A stretch of 64,000 nucleotides of DNA from Candidatus Bathyarchaeota archaeon (GCA_963726255.1 CAVSBL010000002.1:2048001-2112000), one strand, 5' to 3'. Positions 11,130-21,137 are shown, counted from the stretch's first letter. The notes: generated from the letters alone by a model not told the origin. Made by a program: numbers and translations.

Positions 11130-11588
11130 ATGAATGGAATGTCGCCAGTAAAACATGGGTTCGTTGACCTAGCCGCAGTATTTTTCGTAATCGGCGGCGT
11201 CGTCAGCCTCATCATGACTCTTCTAACAGTTCCCATCGACAGCATCTATCCCTTCACACCTCCAACTAGCGTAGGCACTGAATTCCTCATCATACTCGGC
11301 ATAAGCCTCATTTGCTCCCTCGGTGCCATCCACTGCTACTCGCTTGCGACGAGACGCTTGTTATCTGAGGCAGGGATCAGAGGCCTGATCTTCGGAGCAT
11401 TACTACTGATATTCAGTTTGGGGCTGGTTGGAAGCCTTAGGACATCCAGTAGCTCTCTGCTCACCGCGTTAAGTGCCGTGCTCACTCTCATCGCCGGCAC
11501 CATCTGCTTCGTCATGCGGCATACAACCGTTTCCGAATCAGCCATCGCACGCCAACATGCTATCGCTCAGCCCACCTTCCAAGCTTAG
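11130..11588 (+). CDS. 4-TM membrane protein, paralog of 22140-22535
   Basis: Hydrophobic; shared GFxDLAAxFFVIGG and LICSLxAIHCYSLxTRRLLSxAGxRG; AGGAGG RBS. Confidence 0.8.
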   Translation: MNGMSPVKHGFVDLAAVFFVIGGVVSLIMTLLTVPIDSIYPFTPPTSVGTEFLIILGISLICSLGAIHCYSLATRRLLSEAGIRGLIFGALLLIFSLGLVGSLRTSSSSLLTALSAVLTLIAGTICFVMRHTTVSESAIARQHAIAQPTFQA

Positions 11589-11684
11589 AGCACGAACAAG
11601 CCCATTTTTTCTTCGAATTCGCAGGGATTCCTCTGTCTTCCTTCATATCGACCGCTACCTTGTTTACAAGGCTACTGTACGTAA

Positions 11685-11957
11685 GTGACGAGCCGCACAG
11701 TTTGGAGAGAAAGCGCGACGGTCGAAGTAAAGAGGTTGGCCGAGAAGATCCTTGATTTTCTTCATGAGGAAGACGAGAGGCGAGGTCACCCTAGTGTTCC
11801 CATCGCCGCGTTGTACAAGGCCTTTGAGAAGGAAGCCTCATACGATGCGGTTCAACACGCGATAAGATTCCTGGTCGATAGGGACTTGATCGCACCATTC
11901 AGCTACAGCCTTACTGCGAAAGGCAGACGAGAACGAGGGCTAAGGCTGAAGCCTTGA
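11685..11957 (+). CDS. Small winged-helix-like protein
   Basis: KILDFL...AIRFLVDRDLI...YSLTAKGR pattern. Confidence 0.6.
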   Translation: MTSRTVWRESATVEVKRLAEKILDFLHEEDERRGHPSVPIAALYKAFEKEASYDAVQHAIRFLVDRDLIAPFSYSLTAKGRRERGLRLKP

Positions 11958-12024
11958 CCACCTGAATGGTGATTGCTTTCAGTTTTGACTCGTCGGAAAT
12001 CCCAGCGGTTTTAGCATTGGAACG

Positions 12025-12990
12025 TTATTGATGGCCGATTACGGGGTGCGGTTTGTACCCTTCGTCTAATTGTTTCATGTCCTCTGCATCGAGCTTGACA
12101 TCGAGCGAACCGGCGGCTTCTTCGATGTGTTCCACCTTTGTGGCACCGATTATTGGTGCGGCCACTCCTTTATGGAGTAACCATGAAAGGGAAACTTGAG
12201 CGGGGGTAACGCCCTTCTGTTTGGCCACAGCTTCAACTGCATCCAGCACGTTGAAGTCTTCGGGTTTGAAATACCGGCCTGCGAGATACTCGTCGCTCTC
12301 AAACCGAGACGTCTTTGGTTTTTCTCCTCGCTTGTATTTTCCCGTAAGAAAGCCGCGGGCGAGGGGGCTCCACGGGATCAGTGCGATGCCTTCCTCCTTG
12401 CATAGGGGAATCATCTCCCGTTCTTCCTCGCGGTAAAGGAGGTTGTAATGGTTCTGCATGCTGACGAACCTTCCCAAGCCTAGTCGGTCACTGGTGTGGA
12501 GCGCTTTGAGAAACTGCCAAGCAAACATGCTCGAGGCACCGATGTAATGCGTGAACCCGCTATGTACAACGTCGTTTAGGGCCCGCATGGTTTCTTCGAT
12601 GGGCGTGTTGTAATCCCACCTATGGATCTGGTATAGGTCGACGTGATCTCTCTGCAGGCGTTTCAGAGAAGCCCTGATTTGGGCCATGATATGTCGCCGA
12701 GATAGGCCCGACTCATTCGGCCGTTCCCCTGTAGGAAAATAGACTTTCGTTGCGATAACGACGTCCTCGCCATACCCTTTCAAACATTCGCCCGTAATCT
12801 CCTCGGAGCGACCTGACGAGTAAACATTTGCAGTATCGTAGAAGGTTATTCCGAGGTCGACAGCCTTCTTCAACAGCTTTCGAGCTTGATCGAGTTCAAC
12901 CTTCCATGCAGCGTCGTTGCCGAATGACATGCAGCCCAAGCAAATCCGCGACACCTTGACGCCTGCTCTGCCAAGATTCACATATTCCAT
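12025..12990 (-). CDS. Aldo/keto reductase
   Basis: LGCMSFG, DTANVYSSGRSE, DLYQIHRWD, PWSPLARG. Confidence 0.95.
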   Translation of the reverse strand: MEYVNLGRAGVKVSRICLGCMSFGNDAAWKVELDQARKLLKKAVDLGITFYDTANVYSSGRSEEITGECLKGYGEDVVIATKVYFPTGERPNESGLSRRHIMAQIRASLKRLQRDHVDLYQIHRWDYNTPIEETMRALNDVVHSGFTHYIGASSMFAWQFLKALHTSDRLGLGRFVSMQNHYNLLYREEEREMIPLCKEEGIALIPWSPLARGFLTGKYKRGEKPKTSRFESDEYLAGRYFKPEDFNVLDAVEAVAKQKGVTPAQVSLSWLLHKGVAAPIIGATKVEHIEEAAGSLDVKLDAEDMKQLDEGYKPHPVIGHQ

Positions 12991-13079
12991 GACGGGCACC
13001 GTTTCGTTCCATTTTTCTTCGTTTGCAACGCGGCGACCTAGAACGCTGCCTTCAGTATAACGCTTGGCGTGCTATACGG

Positions 13080-13388
13080 TTAGGTTTGCACTTTCAATGT
13101 TATGGTTATGTGGTCGGGGTACCGCGGACGCCCCATTTCTCGGTATTCCTCTTCGGTTAGTGTGACGATCAGCCTGGGTGTGCCGAGTTGTTGGCCCACG
13201 CCGGGAAGTTGAGTTAACACCCTTTGGACGGCTATTGTTACGCCGGCCATTTCCCTATCCATTTCAAGCGGCATCGTGACTGGGCCCTTGAGCGGGTCGC
13301 CTAACGTAATTTGGACCATCGGCCTCCCTTGAGAAGATTGAATTGGTGTAACCATCAAGACGGTCCCCTCGATAGTAACCTCTCCCAT
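13080..13388 (-). CDS. Arcadin-1-like protein
   Basis: Recalled similarity to crenarchaeal arcadin-1: LPG..G..PRLIVTLTEEEY..G......I.I; about 100 aa. Confidence 0.6.
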   Translation of the reverse strand: MGEVTIEGTVLMVTPIQSSQGRPMVQITLGDPLKGPVTMPLEMDREMAGVTIAVQRVLTQLPGVGQQLGTPRLIVTLTEEEYREMGRPRYPDHITITLKVQT

Positions 13389-13475
13389 ACAGATCACGCT
13401 ATGAGGGCGCTAAACCGGTTGCCTGCTATTCTAAGCTTGCGGGAAAGATGGTACCCTCGTTCAGATGAAGCTGCC

Positions 13476-13742
13476 CTATGCTCCCGGCTTCACTTTGTAA
13501 ACGATATCGTTCTCCCTTACGTGGCCGGCAACTTTCATTCCGATGCTTTGTCCAGCTTTGGCGTTTGGGATTTGTTTGTGTTCGATTTCCATGGAGTCAA
13601 CCGTCTGTTCGATGTTGGTCGTGCTGCCTCGAATGACAATCTTATCGCCTTTGTTGAGTGCGGCAGACAACTCAACTACAGCCACGCTGGCTTTCGAGTA
13701 GAAGTGCGTGATCCTACCAACTTTCTCATATGCAGGTTCCAT
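13476..13742 (-). CDS. Translation elongation factor-like beta-barrel protein (U32 peptidase C-terminal-like)
   Basis: VGRITHFYSKASVAVVEL...GDKI...VDSME...AKAGQSIG...VRENDIVYK. Confidence 0.75.
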   Translation of the reverse strand: MEPAYEKVGRITHFYSKASVAVVELSAALNKGDKIVIRGSTTNIEQTVDSMEIEHKQIPNAKAGQSIGMKVAGHVRENDIVYKVKPGA

Positions 13743-14052
13743 ACAGAATTCCACTGAAAGAACCGCGGTCTTAGTTGAATTGTCTTGTGGTTGCTAGCGA
13801 AGTTAGATAATGGCGGCGGGGCGAGGACACGCAACCGTGCGTTTGCACGTTGAGCGTTGTCAGCTCGCCCTCCGCGCTGTGTTGGAGGGGCATGGAGTCT
13901 GCCATATTAATGTTCCGTAAAGTGAACATCAATGTACCCATCAGTTTCGGGCAGAAACCAGGCAATGAGAAGACTTAGCTTTCGCTTCCGTGAACTAGGG
14001 GCGAATATTTCGCAGCGGGGCGAACGCATTCCAGGCCTCAATCCAATCAATT

Positions 14053-16008
14053 GTGGAGGACATACTGTCCAAGCGGCCTGACCTGTCCCAGGAACAAGTG
14101 CTTGCCCTCATCGACGCGAAGAAGAAGGAAGGACGCGGCCTACTCTCAGATGAAGGCGCAGCTAGACTGGTAGCAGAGGAACTTCTGGTCCAGACACATG
14201 GAACAGAGCTGGGCAGAATGCGGGTCAAGGACCTTGTGAGCGGCCTTAATGACGTAAGCATCTCAGGACGTGTACTCTTGTCTTGGCCCCCGCAACAATT
14301 TCAGCGCCGGGACGGAACCCCGGGGCGTGTCATGCGACTGATGTTGGTTGATCGAAGTGGCCGTGTTCGTTGCGCGCTATGGGACAAGCATGTGGATATT
14401 CTTTCAAGGGCAGGGAACCTGCAGGGTAGAATACTCCGAATCGGGCACGCTTACACGAGACAAGGACTCGCAGGTGACACCGAAATTCACGCCGGAGACC
14501 GCGCAAGCATTGAGATAGACCCGCAAGACATGCCAACCGCCGACTTTCCCGAGTTCAAGGAACTATTCACACCCCTCGGCAAACTCGCAGCTGACGCGTA
14601 CCAATTGAACGTCGTTGGCGTCATACAGGCAGAGCCACGGCATTACACCTTTCAGAAAGAAGACCGACAAGGTAGCGTACTTCGAACCGCCATCGCAGAC
14701 GAATCAGGCAGTATGCCCATGGTCGCCTGGAACGAACGTGCCGAAGAGCTAAGACAGGTCAAGAAAGGCGATATCCTGCAAGTTCTGAACGCCAGAACCA
14801 AGCTAGACAATAACGGGCGCACAGAACTGCATGTTGAAAGCCGAAGCCAGGTGGCTATTCTTCCGACACCACCAGACCACCTTAGGATGCCGGTAACAAA
14901 GACATACAAGCTGTCAGACATCACAGGCCAACTCGCTTCAGTAGACCTGTCGGTTTCCTTGCTAGCCAAAGGCCCACCCCAAGAAGTCAAGAGAGCAACA
15001 GGGGAAACCACTAAGGTTGCAAGACTCATCGTCGGGGACGAAACTGAAATGGTCTCCCTATCCCTGTGGGACGACAAAGCGGAACTCGCTAACCAACTTA
15101 CAGAGGGTGAAACTGTAGACCTTCGTGGAATTTCCGTTCGCGAACGGCTAGGGGAAGTAAGCCTGAGCCTTGGAAGGTCCGGCGAGTTACAAAAATCAAT
15201 AAAAAAGATTGAAGCCCAAAAGGGAACGAAGCTCAACTGCCTGAAAAACGTGAAAGGCCTGCTAATGGTAGAAGCTGCTGTGTCCGATCAGCCACTGGTC
15301 CGGCAGGTGGTAACTGACAAGGGCGAAACGGTGAACCTCGCATCTTTCACACTCCGCGACGAGACGGGGTTGGCGAAGGTAACCTTCTGGAGAGACCAAG
15401 TCGCCGCGGTTACGCCGCTAAGGCCGGGAGTGCGCGTAAAGATCACGGGGTTAAGGGTACGGGCCGGACTCGGCGGTGAACTGGAGTTGAGCTCAGTGCC
15501 AGCCACGAAGATCGAAACCGTCGATGCCCCGGCGAGTGAGAGGCCTGCTTGGGAGGACATCCGACATGTAATCGCACTTGAACCAGGCTTGACCACATGG
15601 GTAAAGGGCGTGGTCCTAGAAACCATCGGCGCCCCCAAACTCCTCGCCGTATGCGAGACCTGCAACTCGGTGCTAAAGGTCTCCGAGAAGAACTTCACCT
15701 GTGAAAAGTGCAATTCGGGGAAGGCGGGAAGTGTCAGGTTCGCGGGAAGGTTCAAGATCGATGACGGAACAGGCGTAGCTGAGGTCACAATCTCCGACCT
15801 CGACCCTGCCCAATTTGCCTCAATGAAATCGGCGGATATTAAAGAACGAATGCTCAAAGAAGAAAAATCGGAGCTTGGGCTGGCCAAGGAAGACGTTAGC
15901 GGGATGATTGGAAAGGAACTTGAAGTCTATGGAACCGCGGAGCCAACCGGAACGAAAGGCAAGTTCGAAGTTAAGGCCAAGAAGGTTATCGCAGTTGGTA
16001 AGCTCTAG
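14053..16008 (+). CDS. rpa: Replication protein A (multi-OB-fold ssDNA-binding, Zn finger)
   Basis: Repeated D(E/R)(S/T)G...(L/A/F)W OB motifs; CETC...CEKC; IDDGTG. Confidence 0.88.
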   Translation: MEDILSKRPDLSQEQVLALIDAKKKEGRGLLSDEGAARLVAEELLVQTHGTELGRMRVKDLVSGLNDVSISGRVLLSWPPQQFQRRDGTPGRVMRLMLVDRSGRVRCALWDKHVDILSRAGNLQGRILRIGHAYTRQGLAGDTEIHAGDRASIEIDPQDMPTADFPEFKELFTPLGKLAADAYQLNVVGVIQAEPRHYTFQKEDRQGSVLRTAIADESGSMPMVAWNERAEELRQVKKGDILQVLNARTKLDNNGRTELHVESRSQVAILPTPPDHLRMPVTKTYKLSDITGQLASVDLSVSLLAKGPPQEVKRATGETTKVARLIVGDETEMVSLSLWDDKAELANQLTEGETVDLRGISVRERLGEVSLSLGRSGELQKSIKKIEAQKGTKLNCLKNVKGLLMVEAAVSDQPLVRQVVTDKGETVNLASFTLRDETGLAKVTFWRDQVAAVTPLRPGVRVKITGLRVRAGLGGELELSSVPATKIETVDAPASERPAWEDIRHVIALEPGLTTWVKGVVLETIGAPKLLAVCETCNSVLKVSEKNFTCEKCNSGKAGSVRFAGRFKIDDGTGVAEVTISDLDPAQFASMKSADIKERMLKEEKSELGLAKEDVSGMIGKELEVYGTAEPTGTKGKFEVKAKKVIAVGKL

Positions 16009-16155
16009 AACGGTGCCATTCCAAAAATCTAATAACTCCTTCAAAAGGAATTAACGGTTGGAAATCGTAACACGAAGGGAGTCCATGCAGCCCAAATGAT
16101 GCTGCTTTTCTTCTTCTGAAAAGCCGACCCGAAAGATGTCTTGTAGGTAGATTTC

Positions 16156-16611
16156 TTGTCACTCCTCCGAAATGTTATCGGCCCTCATCCCAATCTTTGG
16201 GATTACATCAACACCGTGAAGAACTCGACGGTCAAACAAACCATAAAGAAACGGATACAAGAGTACCAACCAAAAGCCGACGTGATCGACAAGTTCTCAA
16301 GCATAACTGACCGCTACTTCTTCGTTGTGTTCGCAACCGAGTGGAACGCAGAATGCCGCGCCCAGCTTCCGAACCTTGCCAAAGTCTTCGTCGCAGCAAA
16401 CAACGCCGCGTTGAACATCAAAGTCATCGATTTCGACGAGAACCGTGACATCGCCGACGAAATGAACGTACTCAGAATCCCAACCGTAATCGTCCACGAC
16501 CGCGCATGGCGTGAGATAGGTAGGTTTGTTGAAAAACCACAACACGGCGGAACGCTCGAAGAAGAACTCTGGGAAATAATCGAAAAGAACAACAACAAGA
16601 AGACGCAATGA
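16156..16611 (+). CDS. Thioredoxin-fold protein with atypical WNAEC site
   Basis: ATEWNAECR...LRIPTVIV...EIGRFVEKP resembles Thioredoxin_9 family. Confidence 0.7.
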   Translation: MSLLRNVIGPHPNLWDYINTVKNSTVKQTIKKRIQEYQPKADVIDKFSSITDRYFFVVFATEWNAECRAQLPNLAKVFVAANNAALNIKVIDFDENRDIADEMNVLRIPTVIVHDRAWREIGRFVEKPQHGGTLEEELWEIIEKNNNKKTQ

Positions 16612-16648
16612 AACGCCCAGCGACTATTGTGGAACCGGCGAGCTTACA

Positions 16649-17152
16649 ATGGACACTTTCACCTGCATCAGAACACGCCGCGAAATACGAGAATACTTAG
16701 ACAAACCCATACCTGAGGAAAGCCTGCAGCAAATCCTCGAGGCAGGCCGGCTCGCGCCGAGCTCAAAGAACTCACAGCCATGGCACTTCATGGTCATTAG
16801 AAATAAGGATACGTTGAGAAAGGTCTCTGAACTTACCCCTACGGGCGCCCACATTGCGAAAGCCCCCCTAGCACTTGCCATCCTCATGGATTGTGCAAAG
16901 CTACCGGAAATTGACGGCACACGCGCAATTCAGAACATGGTTCTTGCCGCCTGGGATCTTGGAATCGGTTCCTGCTGGGTCACTAATTTCTACGAAGATG
17001 GAGTTAAGGATCTTCTGAATGCACCGCAGAGAATGAAGCTAGTGACGGTTATGCCCTTTGGCTATCCAGCCGAACCGAAGACCAACCGCAAGAAGAATCG
17101 AAAGCCCCTACAGGAAATCGTACACTACGAGAGATTCGAAGGCCACCGCTGA
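16649..17152 (+). CDS. Nitroreductase family protein
   Basis: RREIREY, APSSKNSQPWHF, LGIGSCWV, PFGYP. Confidence 0.92.
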   Translation: MDTFTCIRTRREIREYLDKPIPEESLQQILEAGRLAPSSKNSQPWHFMVIRNKDTLRKVSELTPTGAHIAKAPLALAILMDCAKLPEIDGTRAIQNMVLAAWDLGIGSCWVTNFYEDGVKDLLNAPQRMKLVTVMPFGYPAEPKTNRKKNRKPLQEIVHYERFEGHR

Positions 17153-17222
17153 CTACAACACTAGTTTGAAGGCAACGCCCCCGATTTCTGGAAAGTGTTG
17201 CGGGAGGTGGAATTCAACGTTT

Positions 17223-17726
17223 TCAGTACGTTGAAATCTTGATTACACCGGGAATTTTGAGAAGCTTCTGCAGTATTGTTCCGGTAGGTTCCCTTTCGAC
17301 GACAAGTGTGAGTTTCGGTTCGGGTGTGAGGTCAGGGTCGTCCGCGACTGCCTGTCTTATTGCTATATTCTCTTGCGCGATCAATGACGCTGCTTTGGCT
17401 ACGATACCAACCGTATGTGGGTCGGCGTAGATTTCGATGACGCTGTAACCAAGAAACTTGGCAACATCTGCAAGGAATGGGCCTGCGGGACGGAGTTTCT
17501 CAAAGACGGGATTGAGAACAGGGTCTGAGGAAATTAGTTGGGCGGTGTCCCGTACGGTTCTTCGGTCAACATGTAGATGGCGGGCGATCTTTACGTCGGA
17601 CAATTCTATGCCGCCACAATAGATTTTGTTTCCCTCTTTGATGCTGAGGCCCAACTCTACGAAGGCCCTGGCAACCTTCTGCCTGCCAGGATATTCCTCG
17701 AGCCGCTCCGAGATCTGTCTCCACAT
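17223..17726 (-). CDS. HTH + ACT-domain regulator of amino acid metabolism (COG2150-like)
   Basis: KIARHLHVDRRTV, IRQAVADDP; divergent from trpB2. Confidence 0.82.
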   Translation of the reverse strand: MWRQISERLEEYPGRQKVARAFVELGLSIKEGNKIYCGGIELSDVKIARHLHVDRRTVRDTAQLISSDPVLNPVFEKLRPAGPFLADVAKFLGYSVIEIYADPHTVGIVAKAASLIAQENIAIRQAVADDPDLTPEPKLTLVVEREPTGTILQKLLKIPGVIKISTY

Positions 17727-17825
17727 GTTTGCGCATCCACCCTTAAGGTACAGAAATGTGCAACAAAGTCTTAAATTCTGCTATAACGTTTCCAAGCGTC
17801 ATCATTCCACAGGAAACTCTGTCCC

Positions 17826-19187
17826 ATGCCGAAGACCATAGTTGACAAGGAACACGCCGTATACTTACCCCAAGATGAGATGCCAACCCATTGGTACAAC
17901 ATACTAGCCGACCTGCCCGAGCCCCTTCCTCCGCCGCTCGACCCGCGCACTGTCAAGCCAGTCTCCCCTGAGCCGCTGTTGAGGCTCTTCGCGAAGGAGC
18001 TTATCATGCAGGAGGTTTCGGGAGAGAGGTTCATCAAAATCCCGGACGAAGTTTACGATGCTTACCTCCGCCTGCCGCGCCCCACACCTGTGCTCAGAGC
18101 GAGACGGCTCGAAAAGTACCTGAATACGCCTGCCCAAATCTACTACAAATGCGAATACGTGAACCCGACCGGGAGCCACAAGCCGAACACAGCGATTGCG
18201 CAAGCCTACTACAACATGGCCCAAGGTACTGAGCGCGTAGTGACTGAAACGGGTGCTGGGCAATGGGGCTCAGCCTTGGCGATGGCGGCAGCGATTTTCG
18301 GAATGAAGTGCAGTGTCTACATGGTTCGCGCAAGTTACGATCAGAAACCTGGCAGAAGGATCATGATGGAAGCCTTCGGCGCTGACGTAACAGCCTCTCC
18401 AAGCAAGAAGACCAAGTTCGGCCAAGGCCTCCTCGAATCTGACCCCAACAACACCGGGTCCCTTGGTATTGCCATAAGCGAGGCAATCGAAGACTGCGTC
18501 AGCCACGATGATACCAAGTACTGTCTCGGCTCCGTGCTGAACCACGTACTCCTACACCAGACAATAATCGGCGAAGAAACAAAGAAACAATTCGAAATGA
18601 TTGATGTACAGCCGGACGTGATCTGCGGTTGTATTGGCGGTGGGTCAAACTTCGCTGGCTTCGCCTACCCATTCATGGCGGATAAGCTGAAAGGAAAGTC
18701 AACTGTTGAATTCGTGGCCTGCGAACCCAAGGCCGTACCTTCAACAACCCGTGGAACTTACACATACGACTTCGGCGACGCGGCGGAAATGACTCCGCTC
18801 CTGAAGATGTACACGATTGGGCACAAGTATAAGCCACCGCCCATCCACGCGGGCGGGCTTCGGTATCACGGCAAAGCCCCCTCCCTCTCCCTCCTCATCA
18901 ACAAGGGTTACATCAAATCGGTCGCCTACTCACAAACAGAAGTTTTCGAAGCAGCGAGCATACTGGCGAAGACCGAGGGCATGATAACTGCCCCCGAAAC
19001 CGCGCACATCGTCAAGTATGCAATAGACGAGGCGTTGCGGTGCAAGAAAACTGGCGAGAAGAAGATTATCGCCTTCAACAACTGCGGCCACGGCCTGCTA
19101 GATCTACAGGCGTATGATGCATACTTCAACAGCAAGCTAGTTGACTATGAGCCAACGAACATCGAGGTTCCAAAACTAGTTCAATAA
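17826..19187 (+). CDS. trpB2: TrpB2, type-2 tryptophan synthase beta / TrpB-like PLP enzyme
   Basis: GSHKPNTA, TETGAGQWG, GGGSNF, IHAGGLRYHG, CGHGLLDL. Confidence 0.95.
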   Translation: MPKTIVDKEHAVYLPQDEMPTHWYNILADLPEPLPPPLDPRTVKPVSPEPLLRLFAKELIMQEVSGERFIKIPDEVYDAYLRLPRPTPVLRARRLEKYLNTPAQIYYKCEYVNPTGSHKPNTAIAQAYYNMAQGTERVVTETGAGQWGSALAMAAAIFGMKCSVYMVRASYDQKPGRRIMMEAFGADVTASPSKKTKFGQGLLESDPNNTGSLGIAISEAIEDCVSHDDTKYCLGSVLNHVLLHQTIIGEETKKQFEMIDVQPDVICGCIGGGSNFAGFAYPFMADKLKGKSTVEFVACEPKAVPSTTRGTYTYDFGDAAEMTPLLKMYTIGHKYKPPPIHAGGLRYHGKAPSLSLLINKGYIKSVAYSQTEVFEAASILAKTEGMITAPETAHIVKYAIDEALRCKKTGEKKIIAFNNCGHGLLDLQAYDAYFNSKLVDYEPTNIEVPKLVQ

Positions 19188-19295
19188 TCCATTCCTCTCC
19201 TCTCCGCACTTAACGCGGAGTTTCCGAAAACCTTTAGACGCCATCGGCTTACATTGATTCCAGATTTTACGCCAAACCCTTGGAGGCTGCAAGCT

Positions 19296-20201
19296 ATGCT
19301 AGGAGACATCGACACCCTACTCGCCCTAGGGATCGTTGCCGCGGTCTCCCTAAACGCGCTAACAAGCCTCTACGTTGTGCGACGTCTTCAACCAGCTCCC
19401 CCAAAGGCCTCTGCAGAAGAACAAGAAGACGAGCAGGAAGACGAAGAGAATGCTCAACCTGGTGTCCCAACCAGAGAGGAAATCCTCGCCCGCAGAGCAC
19501 AATTAATTCGCGAACTCGAACAAGAGCGTGGAAGTAGAGTTCTTCAGCTGATTCACCGAAAAGAACCTTGGAGCGCGAGTGATGAAGATCCAGAAATAGT
19601 GCTCGAAGACTCCGAGGTCATTCTTCAACAAGTTAGAGAAACGCCACGGGACAAACCGATAGACTTCATCATTCACACGGAGGGGGGACTCGCCTTCGCC
19701 GCCGACCTGATCGCGATGGCCCTAAAGTACCACCCCGCCAAGGTTACGGTCATGGTCCCCTTCTACGCCATGTCAGACGGCACGTACATCGTGCTCGCCG
19801 CCGACGAAATCATGATGCAGAAATGCAGCATCCTCGCCCCCTGCGAGCCGATCGTAGACGACATGCAGGCCAACTTGATTATGGGAATTCTAAAACGCAA
19901 ACCAGTCGAAACAATATCGGATGGCACGATCCTGCTCGCTGAAGCCGCCCGCATGGAAACAGACAACGCGAGAGAATTCGTGAAATGGCTCCTGTCGGAC
20001 AAGATGAATGAAGACCAATCCGCCCAAGTCGCCAACTTCCTAACCGGCGGATTCATGGCGAGCAGCACACCCATTACCCTAGACGTCGCCCGTGCCATAG
20101 GCCTCAACGTAGTGGAAGGCGTCCCTGAAAAAGTGATGCAACTCTTCGAAACGATCGAGTTCGGCGGCGGCAAGGTAAACCTCGGTAAACAATACCGTTG
20201 A
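19296..20201 (+). CDS. SDH-family ClpP-fold protease homolog, membrane anchored, catalytic residues degenerate
   Basis: N-terminal TM, acidic linker, HTEGG, AMSDGT, APCEP (for GPVDP), ASSTPI (for SHATPI); GGAGG before ATG 19296. Confidence 0.85.
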   Translation: MLGDIDTLLALGIVAAVSLNALTSLYVVRRLQPAPPKASAEEQEDEQEDEENAQPGVPTREEILARRAQLIRELEQERGSRVLQLIHRKEPWSASDEDPEIVLEDSEVILQQVRETPRDKPIDFIIHTEGGLAFAADLIAMALKYHPAKVTVMVPFYAMSDGTYIVLAADEIMMQKCSILAPCEPIVDDMQANLIMGILKRKPVETISDGTILLAEAARMETDNAREFVKWLLSDKMNEDQSAQVANFLTGGFMASSTPITLDVARAIGLNVVEGVPEKVMQLFETIEFGGGKVNLGKQYR

Positions 20202-20213
20202 CGTGAAACTGAG

Positions 20214-21137
20214 TTGGATATTTCCGAACTTTTTCTGGGATTCGGGCTAATTGCCGTATCTGCTCTCAACTCTGCCGCAGTAATCTACCTCGTCCGGCAA
20301 GCAAAGGGGACGACAAGGGAGAGAGAAGGCCCGAAGGAAGACCAAGAAGACACTGGCGAAGAGGAAGCGCAAAACGATGCCACTCCCGAGCTCGAACGAC
20401 CAACCACCAAAGCGGAAATTCTTGCCTGGCGGCAAAGGATAATCGAAGGATTGGAACGCGAGCGTGGTACGAAAGTCATAACGATGATTCACAAGAAAGA
20501 ACTATGGACTGAGCCTGGGGAGGACCCTGAAATTGGGATCGAAGACACCGTGAAAGTCTTGATGGAGATTCAAAAAACTCCTCCGAACAAGCCGATTGAC
20601 ATGATTATCCATACACCCGGCGGATACGCCGTCGCTGCCCAAATGATGGCAATGGCTATCAAATTTCACCCCGCCAAGGTCACCGTCATGGTCCCATTCT
20701 ACGCTATGTCGGGCGGTTCGCTCATGAGCTTGGCCGCGGGTGAAATTCGTATGGAGAAATACAGCGTGCTGGGGCCTGTGGATCCGCAGATTCCTACCCC
20801 TGGCGGCATGCACCCAGCGGGCGCCTTGGCTACTCTCATGAAGACGAAGCCGATTCAAACAATCAGTGACAGAATGGTCATTCTGGCGGAGTCTGGAAAA
20901 CTAGAGATAGAGAATGCCAAAGCGTTCGTAATGTGGCTCTTGGAAGGAAAGATGGATGAACAGCAGGCTGAACGTGTTGCAGATTTCCTAGCGCGCGGTT
21001 ACATGTCTCACGCGACCCCGATCACGCTTGACGTGGCGCGCACGTTAGGGCTTAATGTTGTTGAAGGCGTACCCGACAAGGTCTATGAACTATTCAAAAC
21101 GTTCGCGTTCACTGGGCAATCGTACAAAGGCCACTGA
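20214..21137 (+). CDS. SDH-family ClpP-fold serine protease, membrane anchored
   Basis: HTPGG, YAMSGGS, LGPVDPQ, SHATPI: Ser-Asp-His motif set intact. Confidence 0.9.
   Translation: MDISELFLGFGLIAVSALNSAAVIYLVRQAKGTTREREGPKEDQEDTGEEEAQNDATPELERPTTKAEILAWRQRIIEGLERERGTKVITMIHKKELWTEPGEDPEIGIEDTVKVLMEIQKTPPNKPIDMIIHTPGGYAVAAQMMAMAIKFHPAKVTVMVPFYAMSGGSLMSLAAGEIRMEKYSVLGPVDPQIPTPGGMHPAGALATLMKTKPIQTISDRMVILAESGKLEIENAKAFVMWLLEGKMDEQQAERVADFLARGYMSHATPITLDVARTLGLNVVEGVPDKVYELFKTFAFTGQSYKGH

Noticed and set aside
13811-13840. tRNA 3' end on the minus strand (...CCCCGCCGCCA)
   Set aside because: No TTCRA T-loop or cloverleaf; kept only as a generic structured element.
14652-15887. Long antisense ORFs (194 and 199 aa) and similar shadow ORFs across the window
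   Set aside because: They lie opposite well-supported genes such as rpa and have no recognisable motifs.
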